In this document: in pieces, positions 17,304-20,000 of the stretch
Layout of the letters: every line of letters starts with the position of its first letter
Position numbering within the stretch: position 1 is the first letter of the stretch
Virus record (IMG/VR): IMGVR_UViG_3300020050_008099
Strand: one strand, 5' to 3'
DNA from: an uncultured virus (IMG/VR IMGVR_UViG_3300020050_008099)
Taxonomy: Duplodnaviria; Heunggongvirae; Uroviricota; Caudoviricetes
Length of the DNA stretch: 20,000 nt
Notes under the pieces: model-generated
What the model was told of the DNA's origin: nothing
What the model saw: only the letters and a program-made list of their open reading frames with translations
Databases searched by the model: none
Program-made: the position numbers and the translations under genes

Positions 17304-17393
17304 GCCTGTGTAGTCATTAAGGGGCCGCCCTTCTTGCAGGGTTGGGCAGCGTAGCCTGCAACTACGTCGCACGTTCAAATCGTGGCACAGGCA
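17304..17393 (+). ncRNA. Aberrant tRNA-like RNA / pseudo-tRNA
   Basis: Acceptor GCCTGTG/CACAGGC-A, TA at positions 8-9, D-like GTC..GGC, T-arm CACG-TTCAAAT-CGTG, two central hairpins with TGC-containing loops; no encoded CCA. Confidence 0.65.
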
Positions 17394-17398
17394 ATTTT

Positions 17399-17697
17399 AA
17401 TGGGGAGACCTATCATCAATCTTCCGTGCTGTAGTGTTCAGTTACTTCTTTGAGCGAAATAACACTGGACACGAATTGTTGCCGGAACATTCTAGAATGT
17501 CTTTCCCCTAGGGGTGGGCATATTCAGAGTTTATTGGGGTGTCTCTGTGTAGAAATAAAACCCCTCCAAACTAGTTGGATAACTTATAAATAGGTGCCTT
17601 GGTGAACCACTGGCGTTCCATGTGGGTGTAAGGATCACCCGAACAAAACTCCTCAGGGCTTGGATGAGTCCAACTACCCTTGGCTAACTCCCCCATA
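17399..17697 (+). ncRNA. Multibranched structured domain (~300 nt)
   Basis: Closing helix ATGGGGAG/CTCCCCCAT, ACCTAT/ATAGGT, and hairpins TAGTGTT/AACACTG, TCCAA/TTGGA, GGGTG/CACCC, TTGGA/TCCAA. Confidence 0.45.
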
Positions 17698-17964
17698 TAC
17701 TTGACTAACCTTTTAAATCCTTGTGAGGAATCCTCTGTGAGAAACATCAGAGACGGCCCGTAGCTGATTTTTTAATTTTCTTAATGGCGAGGAACGGTAA
17801 TGGGAATACTGCGATCTACTGAAGGTTGGAGCTAACCGTCATAAAAAAGCTCCTCAGTCTTAGTGCAGTCCTGTAAATAAGCACACAGATCGGCTGAGTT
17901 TTTAATTTTAGAGTCTCATAATGTAAAACTGTGTCCTGAGCATGACAAGAAAAGGCTCTCCTAT

Positions 17965-18042
17965 GGCGGTGTGAAGGGAATTGGTATACCTTTCTCTCTT
18001 AAAAAGAGAAGTCTGTCGGTTCGAGTCCGACCACCGCTACCA
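17965..18042 (+). tRNA. tRNA-Leu(UAA), short variable arm
   Basis: GGCGGTG TG AAGG-GAATTGGTATA-CCTT TCTCT-CTTAAAA-AGAGA AGTCT GTCGG-TTCGAGT-CCGAC CACCGCT ACCA. Confidence 0.92.
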
Positions 18043-18049
18043 ATTGCAT

Positions 18050-18412
18050 TTTGGCGGAAAGACAGACCTAAGCGTGCTGACCCCACGTTAAGCCATAGAT
18101 GGCGGTAGTCTTTCCCCCTGAGTGTGGTTAAGGCGAAAGAACGCAAGACCCTACTTGTCAAGGGAGATAACGGCCAAGGTAAAGCTCGCCCGTTTAGGGG
18201 ATGTACGGCGCAACCGTTGAAAGAGTGACCCGAGGTGGGGCAATGGCCCCTTAAAATTATGACAAGACTGCACTCAACCTGTCCCCTATAAAATGGGGTC
18301 TGCCGCGCTAATCTCGTCGCGGGGTATAAGTCCGTATAGAGCCTTTAATTAGGTCAGGTATACGGGGTCATGAGTCCTCTGTCCAAACGGGGACGGCTAA
18401 CGGGATGCCAAA
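18050..18412 (+). ncRNA. Large pseudoknotted RNA (~365 nt), unidentified
   Basis: Closed by TTTGGC/GCCAAA. Domains GGAAAGAC/GTCTTTCC and TGAGTGTGGTT/GACTGCACTCA, plus three hairpin loops complementary to distal segments. Confidence 0.65.
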
Positions 18413-18430
18413 TCAACAATGGAGGATGAA

Positions 18431-18559
18431 ATGAACAAAGGTTGGGCTTGGGCCATGGCTGTTAACATTGTTCATGGGTTTCATATGAGGGGCTTTGACC
18501 CTGAAGAGGAACAGTTCGAGGTTGAATGTTTCCTCGTAAGTGGGACTGTTAACACCTAA
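18431..18559 (+). CDS. 42-aa hypothetical peptide
   Basis: GGAGG RBS; MNKGWAWAMAVNIVHGFHMRGFDPEEEQFEVECFLVSGTVNT; the stop abuts the hammerhead. Confidence 0.55.
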   Translation: MNKGWAWAMAVNIVHGFHMRGFDPEEEQFEVECFLVSGTVNT

Positions 18560-18614
18560 GCACCACTGATGAGTCTTGAAGAGACGAAACCAAGAGTCTT
18601 TCTTGGTATGGTGC
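18560..18614 (+). ncRNA. Type I hammerhead ribozyme
   Basis: GCACCA CTGATGA GTCT-TGAAG-AGAC GAAA CCAAGA-GTCTT-TCTTGG TA TGGTGC. Full CUGANGA/GAAA core, three perfect stems, GUA triplet; predicted cleavage after A18608. Confidence 0.93.
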
Positions 18615-18860
18615 CGAGTCTTGAACGTGTAACATAAGATATGGGCGCATTAGGGGCGGGTGGCCACCTTAACCTAATGATTTATGACCCAAAAGGGGTG
18701 TTACATGCTATGGTTCCTTAAGCCTCCGAGGAATTTCCTCTGGGGAAGCTGGTGATTTTGCAATAAGCCAGTGAGTCAAGAACTCCCAACCCAAACACCT
18801 CGCAGATTGTAGGTATGTTTGCGATAGAGAAAAGTCCCTCAAGTTGGTGGGGGCATCTGT

Positions 18861-18936
18861 TCTGATGTAGCTCAATTGGCAGAGCAAAAGATTGTTAATC
18901 TTTAGGTTATAGGTTCGAGTCCTATCATCAGAGCCA
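18861..18936 (+). tRNA. tRNA-Asn(GUU)
   Basis: TCTGATG TA GCTC-AATTGGCA-GAGC A AAAGA-TTGTTAA-TCTTT AGGTT ATAGG-TTCGAGT-CCTAT CATCAGA GCCA. Confidence 0.95.
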
Positions 18937-19005
18937 CTACATTTTATTGGGCAGACTACGGCCCGTTGCGTAGTCAATCAAACTGAATGTAGCAAAGGAA
19001 ACCCC

Positions 19006-19128
19006 ATGAAATTTCGTATGAACGCCTCTGGTCATAAGGTTACCACCAACGCTGGCACTGAAGAGGTCAAAGAGCAAGACTGGTGGGCAATGCTCAAACG
19101 TCAAGTGGTGGCTTCTCAAAAAGCTTGA
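19006..19128 (+). CDS. 40-aa hypothetical peptide
   Basis: AAAGGA RBS; MKFRMNASGHKVTTNAGTEEVKEQDWWAMLKRQVVASQKA. Confidence 0.55.
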   Translation: MKFRMNASGHKVTTNAGTEEVKEQDWWAMLKRQVVASQKA

Positions 19129-19152
19129 AAAACGCATGATTGAGGTGAAGCC

Positions 19153-19398
19153 ATGACCGACCTGACCAAAATCGACCAGCCTTTCGGATCGCTGGACATT
19201 GAGACGAAGCTGGCGCTGCACCGTGCCCAATACGAGGGGAAGGTGATTGAGTGCATAAGCAGCAGTCACAACAAGTGGGGCATAACCATAACCCCTGCGT
19301 GGTGGCCGCAGTTCACCTACCGCCTCCAACCCGAACCCCTGCGCGACATCAACATGCCTTGGAACGAGAGCCTGATCCGCCGCCCGGAGGGTGTGTGA
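19153..19398 (+). CDS. Hypothetical protein (81 aa)
   Basis: GAGGTG RBS; P.W....TYRLQP motif; TGATG coupling to the next gene. Confidence 0.75.
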   Translation: MTDLTKIDQPFGSLDIETKLALHRAQYEGKVIECISSSHNKWGITITPAWWPQFTYRLQPEPLRDINMPWNESLIRRPEGV

Positions 19399-19628
19399 TG
19401 GGCGAACTGGCCAAGTTTTTGCAGTGGGTCATTTCTGACGAAGCGCCGGAGTGGGTTAGCCTCATTGCTGGTGGGATCGCCTCGGCGCTAGTTGTGTCCG
19501 CTTTTATGGGTGCGTTTTTACTTTTTGTTATCCTTGCGGCCACCGGACATTACGCCCTTATGGCTCTCATGTTTCCGGGCGCACCAGTGGCGATTTGCTA
19601 CGTGGCCTATCGGAGGGCGACGAAATGA
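19398..19628 (+). CDS. Small membrane protein (76 aa, two hydrophobic segments)
   Basis: GGAGG RBS, ATG overlapping the upstream TGA; MGELAKFLQW...ICYVAYRRATK. Confidence 0.7.
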   Translation: MGELAKFLQWVISDEAPEWVSLIAGGIASALVVSAFMGAFLLFVILAATGHYALMALMFPGAPVAICYVAYRRATK

Positions 19629-20000
19629 CCCATCGCTTTACGAACTGTACCTTTGATCTTCGCGGCGCAGACTATGCCTGCGTTTCACGCGGCGACGAAT
19701 TTGAGATCGGTTACATCGGGGAAGGCGACCGCGTGTTGATCGACGGCGACACGCTGGACTTTACCGGCCTGCATATCCTTGGGCCTGTCGCGCTGGCCGA
19801 CCGTATCAAGGCGGCGATTGCTCTGGAATGCTACGCGATGACGACTGAGCGCCAAGCCGCGATGGAGAAGGCGTTCTGCATGGGGCGGGATGCGGCGGCT
19901 GCATGGCATACAATGCAAGCGGAGACCGCCATGGGGGCGCTTTGCTGCGGAAGCGATAACTACGAAATTCGTCGCGCAGGGCGGGTTAGTGACATGCACC
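19625..20000 (+). CDS. Hypothetical protein (partial, runs off window)
   Basis: GGAGG RBS, ATGA overlap; MTHRFTNCTFDLRGADYACVSRGDEFEIGY... stays open to the window end. Confidence 0.7.
   Translation, partial: MTHRFTNCTFDLRGADYACVSRGDEFEIGYIGEGDRVLIDGDTLDFTGLHILGPVALADRIKAAIALECYAMTTERQAAMEKAFCMGRDAAAAWHTMQAETAMGALCCGSDNYEIRRAGRVSDMH

Noticed and set aside
17910..17960. Twister ribozyme (TAATG...GTCCTGAGC...AAGG)
   Set aside because: P2 and P4 cannot be formed in the twister register; an H-type pseudoknot fits better.
18255..18335. Group I intron R/S-like words (CAAGACTG, GGTATAAGTCC)
   Set aside because: P7 pairing is poor, GACTGCACTCA pairs better with 18119-18129, and no interrupted gene flanks it.
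18499..18545. CTGAAGAG...CTCGTAA as a second hammerhead
   Set aside because: No GAAA after stem II, no stems I and III, and it lies within the 42-aa ORF.
18826..18840. GAGAAAAGTCC resembling RNase P P4
   Set aside because: No P4 3' partner, and tRNA-Asn follows within about 25 nt.
17961..18977. Minus-strand ORFs 17961-18161 and 18708-18977
   Set aside because: Antisense to tRNAs and structured RNAs; typical spurious translations.

Overview
Part of a tailed-phage (Caudoviricetes, podovirus-like) genome. The host is probably an alphaproteobacterium; this is inferred only from a GANTC cluster and a GC-rich acquired module. Bases 1-13.6 kb are a minus-strand late operon. In transcription order it holds tRNA-Thr, two small ORFs, a GC-rich tail fibre/spike module with a downstream structured RNA and an Ala-type tRNA-like cloverleaf, a basic protein, a probable small terminase, two HNH-type endonucleases flanking a frameshifted small HNH gene, a DNA-binding protein, large terminase, portal, an LPD23/HExxH protein, scaffold and the start of the major capsid gene. 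Bases 13.64-14.97 kb are a divergent non-coding control region or possible genome terminus. Bases 15-20 kb are a plus-strand early region in which most of 15.4-19.0 kb is non-coding but densely base-paired. It holds tRNA-Leu(UAA), tRNA-Asn(GUU), an aberrant tRNA-like RNA, a canonical type I hammerhead ribozyme, a ~365-nt RNA with three predicted long-range pseudoknots, other large structured domains and U-rich spacers. This 'ncRNA island' is the main candidate novel system. All RNA structures were paired by eye and need covariance and experimental confirmation.
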